A stretch of DNA of 25,186 nt from Myxococcota bacterium (GCA_036336835.1 JAYZFK010000073.1:1-25186); one strand, 5' to 3'. Positions 1-9,751 are shown, counted from the first letter of the stretch. Numbers and translations: made by a program. The notes: generated by a model not told the origin, from the letters alone.

Positions 1-1368
1 CTTGATGGCGCCGGCGTCGGGAAACGGCATGATGTGGCGCATCGGGTCGCCGTCCTTGGACTCGATCTTGATCACGCGGGCACCGAAGTCGGCCAGGATC
101 GCCGGGCCGAACGGAGCCGCGTAGTAGAGCCCGAAGTCCAGCACCGTCACCCCGTCGAGCGGACGCTCCGGCAGCGGAACGCCCGCCTCGGGAGCGCGTC
201 GCGTCGCGCCGGTCTCGAGCTGCTTCAAGATGTCGTCGGTGTGCTCGCCCGGCTCGGGCGCTGGGGACCGCACGGCGCCAGGCGTCTTCGACATCCGCAC
301 CATCGGTGCGAGCTGCGTCGTGATGCCGACCCTAGGGTCGTCGACCTCGATGACGTGACCGTTGTGCCGCATCTGGGGATGGTCGAGCAGCTCGCGCGTC
401 GTGCGGTAGACCTCGGCCCAGACGTTGGGGTACGCCTCGAACGACTCCTGCCACTCGGCGAGCGTCTTGCTGCGGGCCGCCTCGAGCATGTACTCCCAGA
501 ACCGCTCGCGCTTGTCCTCGCTGTCGAACTCGGGCGCGCTGCTCCACTCCGGGTCGTCCCACATCCAGTCGAGGGAGAGCGTCGTCATGAAATCGCGAAA
601 CAGGTGGGGCGAGGTCTGCGAGAACTGCAGCCAGTGGCCGTCCCGTGTCAGGCAGACGAGCAGGCGGAAGGCGAAGCTCTGAGTCGGAACGCCGCGGTCG
701 GAAGAGGGCGGCGCCGTTGCGAAGGCGTCGGGATAGCGCTCGGCGACGATTTGCAGGAACCAGTCCCACGGATCGTGCGCCGCGATGCCCTGGACCAGCG
801 AGGTGTCGATCCGCTGGCCGCGTCCGCAGCGCTCGCGCACGTAGAGCGCCGCGAAGATGCCCTGCAGTGCAGTCTGCGCGGCGCTGAAGGAGCTGAACGG
901 CGCCGCAGGGAAGGCCGGACCCGGGCGCCCGGCCATCTTGCTCGAGTGGTTCATGCCGCCGAGCTTGGCCATGACCAGCGCCTCGTAGCCCTTCCAGCTC
1001 GCATAGGGGCCCGTGCGGCCGAAGCCCGTGATCGAGGCGTACAGCAGGCCCGGGTTGTGTTTGCAGAGCTCGTCGTAGCCGAGACCGAGCCGCTCGGCGA
1101 CGCCGGGGCGAAAGGTCTCGATCAGGATGTCCGCGCTCGTCGCGAGCTGGCGCGCGCGCCGTCGATCGCGGTCGAGAGCCAGGTCGAGCGTCACGCTCTG
1201 CTTGCCGCGCTGCCAGAAGTAGTAGGCGGGCTGCTCGCGGAGCACGTCGCCCTGCGGCGACTCGACGCGGATCACCTCCGCGCCGTAGTCGGCGAGGAGC
1301 TGCGACACCACGGCGCCACAGAAGCCGCGGCTCAGGTCGATTACGCGAAGCCCGCCGAGCGCGTCCAT
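1..1368 (-). CDS. CaiB/BaiF (family III) CoA-transferase, tandem two-domain fusion; C-terminus runs off the window
   Basis: Not in the ORF track because there is no stop in the window. Manual translation from ATG 1368 gives MDALGGLRVIDLSRGFCGAVVSQLLADYGAEVIRVE...NPGLLYASITGFGRTGPY...PGEHTDDIL. A second domain then starts near 165: PLDGVTVLDFGLYYAAPFGPAILADFGARVIKIE. Confidence 0.93.
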   Translation of the reverse strand, partial: MDALGGLRVIDLSRGFCGAVVSQLLADYGAEVIRVESPQGDVLREQPAYYFWQRGKQSVTLDLALDRDRRRARQLATSADILIETFRPGVAERLGLGYDELCKHNPGLLYASITGFGRTGPYASWKGYEALVMAKLGGMNHSSKMAGRPGPAFPAAPFSSFSAAQTALQGIFAALYVRERCGRGQRIDTSLVQGIAAHDPWDWFLQIVAERYPDAFATAPPSSDRGVPTQSFAFRLLVCLTRDGHWLQFSQTSPHLFRDFMTTLSLDWMWDDPEWSSAPEFDSEDKRERFWEYMLEAARSKTLAEWQESFEAYPNVWAEVYRTTRELLDHPQMRHNGHVIEVDDPRVGITTQLAPMVRMSKTPGAVRSPAPEPGEHTDDILKQLETGATRRAPEAGVPLPERPLDGVTVLDFGLYYAAPFGPAILADFGARVIKIESKDGDPMRHIMPFPDAGAIK

Positions 1369-1377
1369 CCCAGGTCC

Positions 1378-2136
1378 TTATAGCCGCATGACCCAGCCAC
1401 CGTCCACGTTCAGCGTCTGGCCGGTCATCCAGTCGCTGGCGGACGACGCCAGGTAGAGGAGTGCGCCGATCACGTCATCGGTCTCGCCGAAGCCCTTGAG
1501 CGGGACCATCTGCTCGACGATCGGGATCATCGCCTCCGGAGTCGCCCGGATGCCGGCCTCGGTCTTGACGAAGCCGGGTGCGATCGCGTTCACGTTGATC
1601 TTGTCCGGCGCGAGCTCGCGCGCCAGCGACGCGGTGAGGCTGACGAGTCCGAGCTTGCTGACGCCGTAGACGCCGCTCGGGTTGAATGCGCCGCCCGAGC
1701 TCTGGTTGATGATCTTGCCGCTGCCCCGCTCTTTCATCGACGGCAGTACGGCCTGGGTGCAGATCAGCGGGCCCGTCAGGTTGATCCGCAGGACGTTCTC
1801 CCAGACCTCGATCGGCAGCTCGCCCAGCGGCTGACCGAGCGGGATCTCCGCCATCAGCGCCGCGTTGTTGACCAGGATGTCGATGCCGCCGAAGCGTTCG
1901 ATCGCCGCGGCGGCCAGCCCGGCGGCGCTCTCCTCGCTGCTCACGTCCGTGTGGACTCCGACCGCCGTCAGGCCCTCGGACGTGAGATCCTTGGCCGCCG
2001 CCTTGGCTCCCGGCTCGTCGATGTCGGCCAGTACGACCTGCGCGCCGGCGCGAGCCAGCGCCCGCGAGTACGCAACTCCGAAACCGCCGGCGGCGCCGGT
2101 GACGATGGCAACCTTGTCCTTCAGTATCAGCTCCAC
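1378..2136 (-). CDS. Short-chain dehydrogenase/reductase (classical SDR)
   Basis: Motifs TGAAGGFG, DILVNNAA, YGVSK (YxxxK), VNAIAPG and TGQTLNVDGG. Start moved to GTG 2136, which has GGGAG upstream. Confidence 0.93.
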   Translation of the reverse strand: MELILKDKVAIVTGAAGGFGVAYSRALARAGAQVVLADIDEPGAKAAAKDLTSEGLTAVGVHTDVSSEESAAGLAAAAIERFGGIDILVNNAALMAEIPLGQPLGELPIEVWENVLRINLTGPLICTQAVLPSMKERGSGKIINQSSGGAFNPSGVYGVSKLGLVSLTASLARELAPDKINVNAIAPGFVKTEAGIRATPEAMIPIVEQMVPLKGFGETDDVIGALLYLASSASDWMTGQTLNVDGGWVMRL

Positions 2137-2155
2137 GGGCGCTCCCAGTTGGTGG

Positions 2156-2572
2156 TCATGCCTTCCTGAAGCGCGGCAGTACGACGCCGGGCTTGGGCTC
2201 GTCCCACACGAGATCGAGCTGCATGCCGACTGCGATCTCATCGACGCTGACGTCGAGCACGTTGCTGATCAACCGTACACCGGGGGCGTCGTCGAACTCG
2301 ACGGCAACCACCGGGTAGGGGACTTCTTCCACGACGTCGGGCGTCGCCGGGTGATGGACGATCGTGTAGCTGAACACCCGTCCGCGGCCGGCTACCGCCA
2401 CCCACTCGACCTCGGTCGCGCCGCATTCGCGGCAGCCGGTGAGCGGTGGGAAGCGAAAGGCGCCGCAGCCGCCGCATCGCTGGAAGCGCAGCTCGCGCTT
2501 CGCGCAGAATTCCCAGTATTCGCGCGTGTGGAGGTCGGGGTGGATGGAGGCCAGTTGCTCGAGCAGTGTCAT
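2156..2572 (-). CDS. DUF35 / ChsH2-type Zn-ribbon + OB-fold protein
   Basis: MTLLEQL...FQRCGGC...CREC...GRGRVFSYTIVH...PY; two CxxC motifs; lies directly downstream of a thiolase-fold gene. ATG at 2572. Confidence 0.92.
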   Translation of the reverse strand: MTLLEQLASIHPDLHTREYWEFCAKRELRFQRCGGCGAFRFPPLTGCRECGATEVEWVAVAGRGRVFSYTIVHHPATPDVVEEVPYPVVAVEFDDAPGVRLISNVLDVSVDEIAVGMQLDLVWDEPKPGVVLPRFRKA

Positions 2573-2589
2573 GCCGGGTTCCTTCGCTG

Positions 2590-3768
2590 CTAGCGTCGCA
2601 GCAGCAGTGAGCTGGTGGGCAGGTTGCTGGGCCCGGCCGTGACGAGCGCGATCTCCGCATCGTCGACCTGGCTGCTCGACTCCCCGCGCAGCTGGCGCAC
2701 CGCCTCGGCGATGTGGGTGAGTCCGAGCAGGTAGACCTCGGACAGGTTGCCGCCGTGCGTGTTGACGGGGAGCCGCCCGCCCTGCCAGAGCAGCCCGCCG
2801 TCTTCGACGAAGGGGCCGCCCTCGCCCTGCTTGCAGAAGCCGTAGTCCTCGAGCTGCAGGATCACGAGCCCGCTGAAGTGGTCGTAGAAGAGCGCGACGT
2901 CGACGTCGTCGGGTCCCACCCCTGCCATGCGGTAGAGCCGTTCGGCGAGGTGCTTGTGCCCGGCGCTCGCGTACAGGTCGTCGGGCTGGTTCTGCATCGT
3001 GAGGCCGTGGCCCCACTGGCTCGAGCCGCCCTGGGCGCCCGCCATGATGTAGACGGGCTTCTGCTCGAGGTCGCGGGCGCGTTCGGCAGAGGTCACCAGG
3101 ATGACGCCGCCGCCGTCGTTCTCCTGACAGCAGTCGAAGAGCCGGAAGGGATCGGCGATCAGGCGCGACTCTTGATGCTCCTCGATGGTCAGCGTCTCGC
3201 GCTTGAGCGCGAGCGGGTTGCGGCTCGCGTGGGTTCGTGTGGATACCGCGACCTCGGCGAGATGCTCGGTCTTCGTTCCGAACCGGTGCATGTGCCGGCG
3301 GAACAGCATCGCCATGAACTGGACGGGCGAGATCAGACCGAAGGGCCGGTGGAAGTCGCTGTAGGGGTTGGCCGCGATCTGCTTGGAGCCGTACGCGGCG
3401 CCGAAGCGTGCGTGCGGGGGCTGCGTGATGATCTTGAAGACCATCACCACCTCGGCGAGCCCCGCGTGGATGCCGGCTGCCGCATTCGCGACAGCGGCAC
3501 AGGTGCCCCCTCCACCGCCGCCGAACACCATGTTGCTGAAGTTCACGTTCGGGATCCCCAGGCTGGGCGCGAGCATGCCGGGATCGTTGCCGTCGACCGA
3601 GTACGAGGAGAAGCCGTCGATGTCGGAGAGCTCGAGCCCGGATTCATCGAGCGCCTTGTGCAGTGCGCCGCGAATCTGATCGCTCTGCGGGATCTCGAAG
3701 AACTCGCCCCTCTTTCCGTACGGGGTCAGGCCGACACCGACGATGGCGCATTGGTCCTTTAGGCTCAT
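2590..3768 (-). CDS. Thiolase-fold 'lipid-transfer protein' (Ltp2-like aldolase)
   Basis: AIVGVG, FDCCQENDG, YDHFS, PVNTHGGNLSEVY, EAVRQLRG; paired with DUF35. Confidence 0.9.
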   Translation of the reverse strand: MSLKDQCAIVGVGLTPYGKRGEFFEIPQSDQIRGALHKALDESGLELSDIDGFSSYSVDGNDPGMLAPSLGIPNVNFSNMVFGGGGGGTCAAVANAAAGIHAGLAEVVMVFKIITQPPHARFGAAYGSKQIAANPYSDFHRPFGLISPVQFMAMLFRRHMHRFGTKTEHLAEVAVSTRTHASRNPLALKRETLTIEEHQESRLIADPFRLFDCCQENDGGGVILVTSAERARDLEQKPVYIMAGAQGGSSQWGHGLTMQNQPDDLYASAGHKHLAERLYRMAGVGPDDVDVALFYDHFSGLVILQLEDYGFCKQGEGGPFVEDGGLLWQGGRLPVNTHGGNLSEVYLLGLTHIAEAVRQLRGESSSQVDDAEIALVTAGPSNLPTSSLLLRR

Positions 3769-3804
3769 GGGGACTCCATTCGGTGTCGGGTGGTGCGCGT
3801 CGCG

Positions 3805-4893
3805 CTAGGCGTCGAAGCCGAAGATGCGGGCCGCGGTCCCGCCGAGGATCATGCGCTTCTCGTCGTCCGGCACACCCTCGAGGATGTCGGCCATCAGCGG
3901 GTGAGAGTTGGGCCAGGTGCCCTCCGGGTGCGGATAGTCGCTGCCCCACAACAGGGGCTCGACGCCCGTGAACGCGCGCGTCGCGACCGCAACCGGATCG
4001 TTCTGGAAGGTGACGTGACACTGACGCCGCACGAACTCACTGGGCTTCATCGAGAGCACCGGCTTGGCCCACATGTGGTGCTTCTCGTAGATCTCGTCCA
4101 TCTGCGTCATTACCCAGGCGAGCCAGGAGCCCCCCGTTTCGACCGTGACCAGCTCGAGCTCGGGAAAGCGATCCAGCACGCCGCCGGCCGCGAAGTAGAG
4201 CAGGATGTGCGCGCCGTCGAGCTGCGCGCCGAGCAGGTAGTTGATGACGGCCCCGCCCGGCCCCCGCTCGACTCGAGGCTCGTGCCCGGTCCCCGCGTGG
4301 AAGGTGAGCGGGATCCCGAGATCCTGTGCCAGCGACCAGAAGGGGTCGTAGGCCGGGTCGTTGTACGGACGCGTCGGCACCTGGGCGGGCAGGAATAGAG
4401 AACGATGCCCGATGTCGCGCACGCGCTTCGCCTCGTCACAGGCCGCCTGGACGTCGAGCATCGGGACGATGGCCGCGACGGCGAAGCGATCGGGATAGGG
4501 CGAGAAGATCTCGGCGCTCCAATCGTTGTAGGCGCGCGCGAGCCCCAGCTGCAGCTCCGGATCCGGCGTCACGAAGGTCGACTGCAACGAGAGCGTTGGG
4601 TACACCACCTCCGCCGCGATGCCGTCGCGATCCTGATCCGTCATGCGCAGCTTCGGATCCCAGCCGCCGGCCTGGGCGCGCTCGAGCGCCTCGCCCTCGA
4701 CCACCACGCGCCCCTTGGGCATCTTGCGCGGGCGCATGCCCTCGATGATCAGGTGCGGCACGCCATCCACTTCTTCCATGTGCGGCGCGCGTTCGCGCAG
4801 CTTGCTGGGCAAGCGCTCCGCGAAGATCTCCGGGGGCTCGTTTACGTGCGAGTCTGCAGAGACGAACTTGAACTCGGCAAGCGGGTCGCTCAT
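3805..4893 (-). CDS. Amidohydrolase family protein (Amidohydro_2 type)
   Basis: SADSHVNEP, YDPFW, TFHAG, VETG, WGSDYPH. Confidence 0.92.
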   Translation of the reverse strand: MSDPLAEFKFVSADSHVNEPPEIFAERLPSKLRERAPHMEEVDGVPHLIIEGMRPRKMPKGRVVVEGEALERAQAGGWDPKLRMTDQDRDGIAAEVVYPTLSLQSTFVTPDPELQLGLARAYNDWSAEIFSPYPDRFAVAAIVPMLDVQAACDEAKRVRDIGHRSLFLPAQVPTRPYNDPAYDPFWSLAQDLGIPLTFHAGTGHEPRVERGPGGAVINYLLGAQLDGAHILLYFAAGGVLDRFPELELVTVETGGSWLAWVMTQMDEIYEKHHMWAKPVLSMKPSEFVRRQCHVTFQNDPVAVATRAFTGVEPLLWGSDYPHPEGTWPNSHPLMADILEGVPDDEKRMILGGTAARIFGFDA

Positions 4894-5061
4894 GGAACCT
4901 GCCTCTCGTGTGTCCCGGGCGGTGTGGTGAGCTGCCCGGCTCCGTGGTCTGAAGTGACCATACTGCCTCCGTCGGCGTGAGCACGGGGAGGTTTCGCTTC
5001 GACGGCTCCGGGTGCCGGCGGGGAGTAGACGTCCCTCTCGAGTGACTTCGCGGCCCCGGCC

Positions 5062-6687
5062 TCAGCTCCAGGCTTTGCGGCTCGCAAGCTCGCGACCGGC
5101 GATGTAGGCGAAGGTCAGGGCGGGGCCGATGGTTCCGCCCCCGCCGCCGTAGCTCGCTCCGGGGCTTCCGACGCCCGCGTTGTTGCCCGAGGCGCACAGC
5201 CGATCGATCGGCTCGCCGAACGGGTCGAGCACGCGAGCGTTCCCGTCCACACGCGGGCCGCCGCAGGTGCCGAGGTCCCCCACCGCGAGCTCGGCTGCGA
5301 AGAACGGCGGCTCCTCGACCGGTCCCAGGACCGCGGAGGAGTCGTCGAGTCCCCAACGATCGTAGGCGCTCTCCGCGCGCGCGAAGCGCGGATCGCGGCC
5401 CTCCCGCGCGTGCGCGTTGAACTCTGCGACCGTGGCGGCGAGCCGAGTTGCATCGATGCCGAGCTCACTCGCGATGCCGTCGAGCGTGGGGCGCTGGGTC
5501 ACCCAGTCGGGAAGCGGCTCGTCGGGTTGCCTGCCGGCGATGGGCGAGCCTCTCCGGACCCGCGCGTCGTAGATCACGAATGCGGGCAGGTTGCGCTGTC
5601 TCAGATCGCCGTAGTTCTCCCAGCTGAAGTAGCTGCGCCAGGTCGAATCGTAGTCGCCGGTCTCGTTGCAGAAGCGCTCGCCGTAGCGATTGACGACGAT
5701 CGAGCCCGCCGAACGCTTCTCGACCTCCGCCGCCAGCGACGGCCCCATTCCTTTGGCACGCGCGGCCTCGGCCTCGGCCTTGTAGACGGTGATGCCCCAG
5801 GCCTCGTTCATGTTGCGCAGGTCGGCGCCCGCCTGCATCGCCATCCGCACGCCGTCGCCGGTATTGCCGGTCGAGCCGAGCGGGTAGGGGCTCATGCCGC
5901 GCAGGAAGTGCGTCTTCATCGCGAAGTTCCAGTCGAAGCCGCCCGCGGCGAGGAGGACTCCGCGCCGCGCGCGGATGTACAGCGGCTTTTCCCCATGCTC
6001 GGCGAGGACTCCGAGCACCTCGCGCCGTCCCCCCGCCAGATCGCGCGTCAGCAGGCGCCGTGCGGGCGTGTTCTTGCGAACCTCGACGCCCGCATCCGCG
6101 GCGCCCACCATCAGGGCCGATACCAGATGCGTGCCGTACATGCCGACGGCGTCGATCGTCGGCTCGATGCTTCGGCCGTAGGGGACGGCACCTTCCCATT
6201 CGGGATGGTAGTCGGCGGCCTTGCCCATGATCTTCGAGACGCGCCAGCTGACCGGACAGCTCGCTTCGACGAAGCGCGCCATCTCGGGCCCGTTGTCGAC
6301 GAACGCCTCGATCAGCTCGTCGTCCGCCTGGCCGAGCCGGAGCTTGCGCAGGTAGCGGAGCGCGGCCTCGCGCGAGTCCTCGATCCCGGCCGCCCGCATT
6401 GCGTGGTTGTTCGGGACCCAGGCAACGCCGCCCGACATCGCCGTATTGCCCCCGACGCCAGCTCGCTTCTCGAGCACCAGCACTTGCGCGCCCGCGCGCG
6501 CTGCGGCGATCGCCCCGACGAGCCCGGTTCCCGCGCCGACGACGACGACATCCGTCTCGAGATCCCAGACCGGCGCGTCCTCGCTCGCGCCCGCCGCCGG
6601 CAGTGCCGCCAGCGTTGCCGCGCTTGCGGCGGTCCCGGCGAGGAAGTCGCGTCGCGAGACGCCGTCGCCATCCGGTTGCCTGGTCAT
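5062..6687 (-). CDS. FAD-dependent oxidoreductase, 3-ketosteroid delta1-dehydrogenase (KstD)-like, with twin-arginine signal
   Basis: N-terminal SRRDFL plus an Ala-rich segment; DVVVVGAG, TAMSGGVAW, ADYHPE, RFCNETGDY, GDLGTCGG, SYGGGGGTIG. Confidence 0.85.
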   Translation of the reverse strand: MTRQPDGDGVSRRDFLAGTAASAATLAALPAAGASEDAPVWDLETDVVVVGAGTGLVGAIAAARAGAQVLVLEKRAGVGGNTAMSGGVAWVPNNHAMRAAGIEDSREAALRYLRKLRLGQADDELIEAFVDNGPEMARFVEASCPVSWRVSKIMGKAADYHPEWEGAVPYGRSIEPTIDAVGMYGTHLVSALMVGAADAGVEVRKNTPARRLLTRDLAGGRREVLGVLAEHGEKPLYIRARRGVLLAAGGFDWNFAMKTHFLRGMSPYPLGSTGNTGDGVRMAMQAGADLRNMNEAWGITVYKAEAEAARAKGMGPSLAAEVEKRSAGSIVVNRYGERFCNETGDYDSTWRSYFSWENYGDLRQRNLPAFVIYDARVRRGSPIAGRQPDEPLPDWVTQRPTLDGIASELGIDATRLAATVAEFNAHAREGRDPRFARAESAYDRWGLDDSSAVLGPVEEPPFFAAELAVGDLGTCGGPRVDGNARVLDPFGEPIDRLCASGNNAGVGSPGASYGGGGGTIGPALTFAYIAGRELASRKAWS

Positions 6688-6741
6688 TGACCGCCCCCCG
6701 GCTCGGCCGTGGCCCGAACCATCGCGTACCGGCGTTCGCGT

Positions 6742-7164
6742 TCAGCTCGCCGGTCGAAACTTGACGAGCGTGATCTCATCGTTGGCGGGGACGAAGACGG
6801 CTTCGAGCCGCATGCCCGCCTCGATTGCATCGGCGGGGCACTCCACCAGCTGGCTCTGGAAGTGAAGCCCCTCATCGGTCAGGACATCGATCACCGTGTA
6901 GGGAAGCTGGTCGCGGAAGGCCGGCAGGGTGGGCCCGTGCACGATCGTCCAGGTGTAGAGCTCGCCGCGCCCGCTGGCTCGCTCCCAGTCGAAGCGGGTC
7001 GAGGTGCACGCGGGACACACGGGCCGGGGGTAGTGGCGCCAGGCGTGGCAGTCGGTGCAGCGCTGGAAGCGAAGCTCGCCACGCTGGGTTGCGCGGTAGA
7101 ACTCGATGTTGTCGACCGACGGCAGCGGAAGCGGCAGGCCCTGTGTGATCACCGCGTCGCGCAT
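6742..7164 (-). CDS. DUF35 / ChsH2-type Zn-ribbon + OB-fold protein
   Basis: FQRCTDC...CPAC...SGRGELYTWTIVH...LPY; 3 bp downstream of the second thiolase-fold gene. Confidence 0.92.
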   Translation of the reverse strand: MRDAVITQGLPLPLPSVDNIEFYRATQRGELRFQRCTDCHAWRHYPRPVCPACTSTRFDWERASGRGELYTWTIVHGPTLPAFRDQLPYTVIDVLTDEGLHFQSQLVECPADAIEAGMRLEAVFVPANDEITLVKFRPAS

Positions 7165-7167
7165 CGC

Positions 7168-8346
7168 TCAATCCCTCCGCAGGATGACGGCACCGGTGGG
7201 ATCGGTGTTCGCGCCGGCCAGCAGCACGAGCTCGCAGCCCGGCACCTGCGATGTCGAGCTGCCGCGGATCTGGCGCACCGCCTCGAGGGCGTTGTTCACG
7301 CCGTGGATGAAGGCTTCGGAAAGCTGGCCGCCGTTGGTGTTGGTCGGCATCCGGCCGCCGTCGAAGTACAGACCCTGGTCTTCGACGAAGGGGCCGCCCT
7401 CGCCGCGCTTGCAGAAGCCGTAGTCCTCGAGTGCGAGGATCGCAAAGGCGGTGAAGAAGTCGTAGCAGAAGAAAGCGTTCATCTCGGATGGCCGCAGGCC
7501 CGAGCTCTGCCACAGCTCGCGGCCGACGCGTGCCGCGCTGTCGGAGTCGCGCGAGCGGCCGAACAGCGTCGACAGGCGGCGGTGATGCGAGCCGGCGGCG
7601 AGCGCACCGGCGTGGATCAGCGCCGGCGGCTGCGGCAAGTCGCGTGCACGCTCGGCCGACGTGACGATCAACGCAACGGCACCGTCGGTCTCGATGTTGC
7701 AGTCGAACAGCCGGAAGGGCTCGGCGACGTAGCGCGAGGCGTGGTGGTCCTCGAGCGTCATCGGCGAGCGCATCACTGCGTTGGGATTGCGCTGTGCATG
7801 GCGGCGCAACGCGACAGCCACCTCGCCGAATTGCCGCTCGCTGGTGCCGTACTCGATCATGTGACGGCGGGCGATCATCGCCATCTCCATGAACGGCGTG
7901 ACCAGACCGTACGGCACCTGCCACTGGTCGAGCTCTGGCAGGTCGCTGTCCAGGCGCTCCCAGAAGCGACCGCCCTGGTTCGAGCCCTTGCCGTAGACCG
8001 ATTTCTTGCCGCGCGCTCGCGAGCGGAAGACCAGTACGTGGTTGGCGAGGCCCATGGCCACTGCGGTCGCAGCGTGCACCAGCACGGAGGCGGCTCCTCC
8101 GCCGCCAAACGGAGTACCGACGTGGTAGCGGAGCTCGGGGCTCAGGATCGAGAGCAGCTTCTCCTCGTCGATCGTCTCCATGTCGAAGCGCACGACGCCG
8201 TCGATCTCGTGGGGCGAGAGTCCGGCGTCGGCGCAGGCAGCGTGGATGGCCTCGACGGCCATGTCGATCTCGGTGCGACCAAGCCCCTTCGAGAACGGGG
8301 TCTGGCCGATGCCGACGATCGCAGCCTGGTCTCGGATGGCGTTCAT
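7168..8346 (-). CDS. Thiolase-fold 'lipid-transfer protein' (Ltp2-like), second paralog
   Basis: AAIVGIGQT, FDCNIETDGA, YDFFT, NTNGGQLSEAFIHG, EAVRQIRG. Confidence 0.9.
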   Translation of the reverse strand: MNAIRDQAAIVGIGQTPFSKGLGRTEIDMAVEAIHAACADAGLSPHEIDGVVRFDMETIDEEKLLSILSPELRYHVGTPFGGGGAASVLVHAATAVAMGLANHVLVFRSRARGKKSVYGKGSNQGGRFWERLDSDLPELDQWQVPYGLVTPFMEMAMIARRHMIEYGTSERQFGEVAVALRRHAQRNPNAVMRSPMTLEDHHASRYVAEPFRLFDCNIETDGAVALIVTSAERARDLPQPPALIHAGALAAGSHHRRLSTLFGRSRDSDSAARVGRELWQSSGLRPSEMNAFFCYDFFTAFAILALEDYGFCKRGEGGPFVEDQGLYFDGGRMPTNTNGGQLSEAFIHGVNNALEAVRQIRGSSTSQVPGCELVLLAGANTDPTGAVILRRD

Positions 8347-8404
8347 CGAGGACGATTCTAACCCGCGGGCCTCGGCTCGTGTCTGCGCGTACCGCTTCGA
8401 CCGT

Positions 8405-9679
8405 TCAGCTGTCCTTGGCGGCCAGGTCTTCGCGCAGCGTGCGTGCGGCCAGCCAGTTGTGGAGTGCCCCCCAGATGTGGAATGCGCCGATGATCAGCAG
8501 CGAGTAGCGGACCGATGCGTCGCCGAAGCGGGAGGCGAGGCGATCGTTCAGGATCCCCACCAGCCAGGGCCCGAGACCGAAGCCGATGAAGTTGAGCAGC
8601 AGCAGCGTCACTGCCGATGCGACGGCCCGCATCGCCGGCTTGGCGAGTCCCTGCACCATCGCCCAGGTGGGAGCGGCATAGACGGCGCCGAGCAGGGAGG
8701 ACGGCAGCATCAGCCCGAAGGCCAGCCACAGGTTGGGGGCCAGCAGGAAGCCGTACGAGAAGGGCAGGGCGACCAGGCTCGTGATGGCGGGCAGCCACAT
8801 GTACCAGCGCACATCGCGCTTCGACAGCCAGTCGGCGGCGAACCCGCTGGCCACGATGCCCAGCATGCCCAGGATGCCGCTGAGCGGTGCCAGGGTGTTG
8901 GCGATCTCGCTCTTGTCGAGACCGTGGACACGGATCAGGAAGATCGCCGTCCAGGCCGTGGCGCCGTAGCCCGCGAAGGAGTGGAGGCTGGCCGCCAACG
9001 ACAAGTGGATGTAGGAGCGCAGGCCGAACATGAAGCGGAGCACCTCGCCGAGCGGCTGCTGCTCGCGCTCCATGCCCGGCGGGTCGAAGCGACCGCGTTC
9101 GGGCTCGCGCACGGTGAGTCGGATGATCGCGGCGAACACCAGGCCCGCGGCTCCGATGACGAAGAACGTGGCGCGCCAGCCGATCGACTCGCCGAGGTGC
9201 CCGCCGATGAAGAGCCCCGCCAGCACGCCCATGCTGCCGCCGGCGCTGGTCATCCCCAGGATGCGCGCACGGCGCTCGGGCGGAAAGTAGTCGGCGACCA
9301 GCGAGTGGGAGGGGGGCGAGCCACCGGCCTCACCGATGCCAACGAAGACCCGCGCCAGCGCCAGCTGCCAGAAGTTGTGGGCCAGGCCCGAGGCGGCAGT
9401 GGCCAGGCTCCACAGTGCGACGGAGATCGCCGCCACGCCGCGACGGGAGCGGCGATCCGCGACCCGGGCAATCGGGATGCCGATGGTTGCGTAGAAGGCG
9501 GCGAACGCGAAGCCCAGCAGAAAGCCCAGCTCGGAATCCGACAGCCCCAGGTCGCGCTTGACGTCCTCGCCGAGTACCGAGAGGACCAGTCGATCCATGA
9601 TGCTGAACAGCTGGATGAAGAACAGGACGACGATCACCCTGCCCAGGTAGGCGCGCGACTCGGTTTGCGGCGGGGCCAC
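8405..9679 (-). CDS. MFS transporter (spinster-like family)
   Basis: About 12 hydrophobic segments; MDRLVLS, ADRRSRR (motif A), RVFVGIGEAG, DYFPPERR. Start at GTG 9679 with GAGG upstream; 9694 is an alternative. Confidence 0.92.
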   Translation of the reverse strand: MAPPQTESRAYLGRVIVVLFFIQLFSIMDRLVLSVLGEDVKRDLGLSDSELGFLLGFAFAAFYATIGIPIARVADRRSRRGVAAISVALWSLATAASGLAHNFWQLALARVFVGIGEAGGSPPSHSLVADYFPPERRARILGMTSAGGSMGVLAGLFIGGHLGESIGWRATFFVIGAAGLVFAAIIRLTVREPERGRFDPPGMEREQQPLGEVLRFMFGLRSYIHLSLAASLHSFAGYGATAWTAIFLIRVHGLDKSEIANTLAPLSGILGMLGIVASGFAADWLSKRDVRWYMWLPAITSLVALPFSYGFLLAPNLWLAFGLMLPSSLLGAVYAAPTWAMVQGLAKPAMRAVASAVTLLLLNFIGFGLGPWLVGILNDRLASRFGDASVRYSLLIIGAFHIWGALHNWLAARTLREDLAAKDS

Positions 9680-9751
9680 GTCGCATCCTCTCACGTATAG
9701 TGAGGCGATGGAATTCGGAGTCTTTCGAGGCGCCTCGGTCGAACCGCGCCC

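Noticed and set aside
34..1383. 449-aa + strand ORF
   Set aside because: Antisense shadow of the CoA-transferase; no recognisable motifs.
6709..9700. Long + strand ORFs 6709..8361 and 8180..9700
   Set aside because: Antisense shadows of the thiolase/DUF35 and MFS genes, typical of high-GC DNA.
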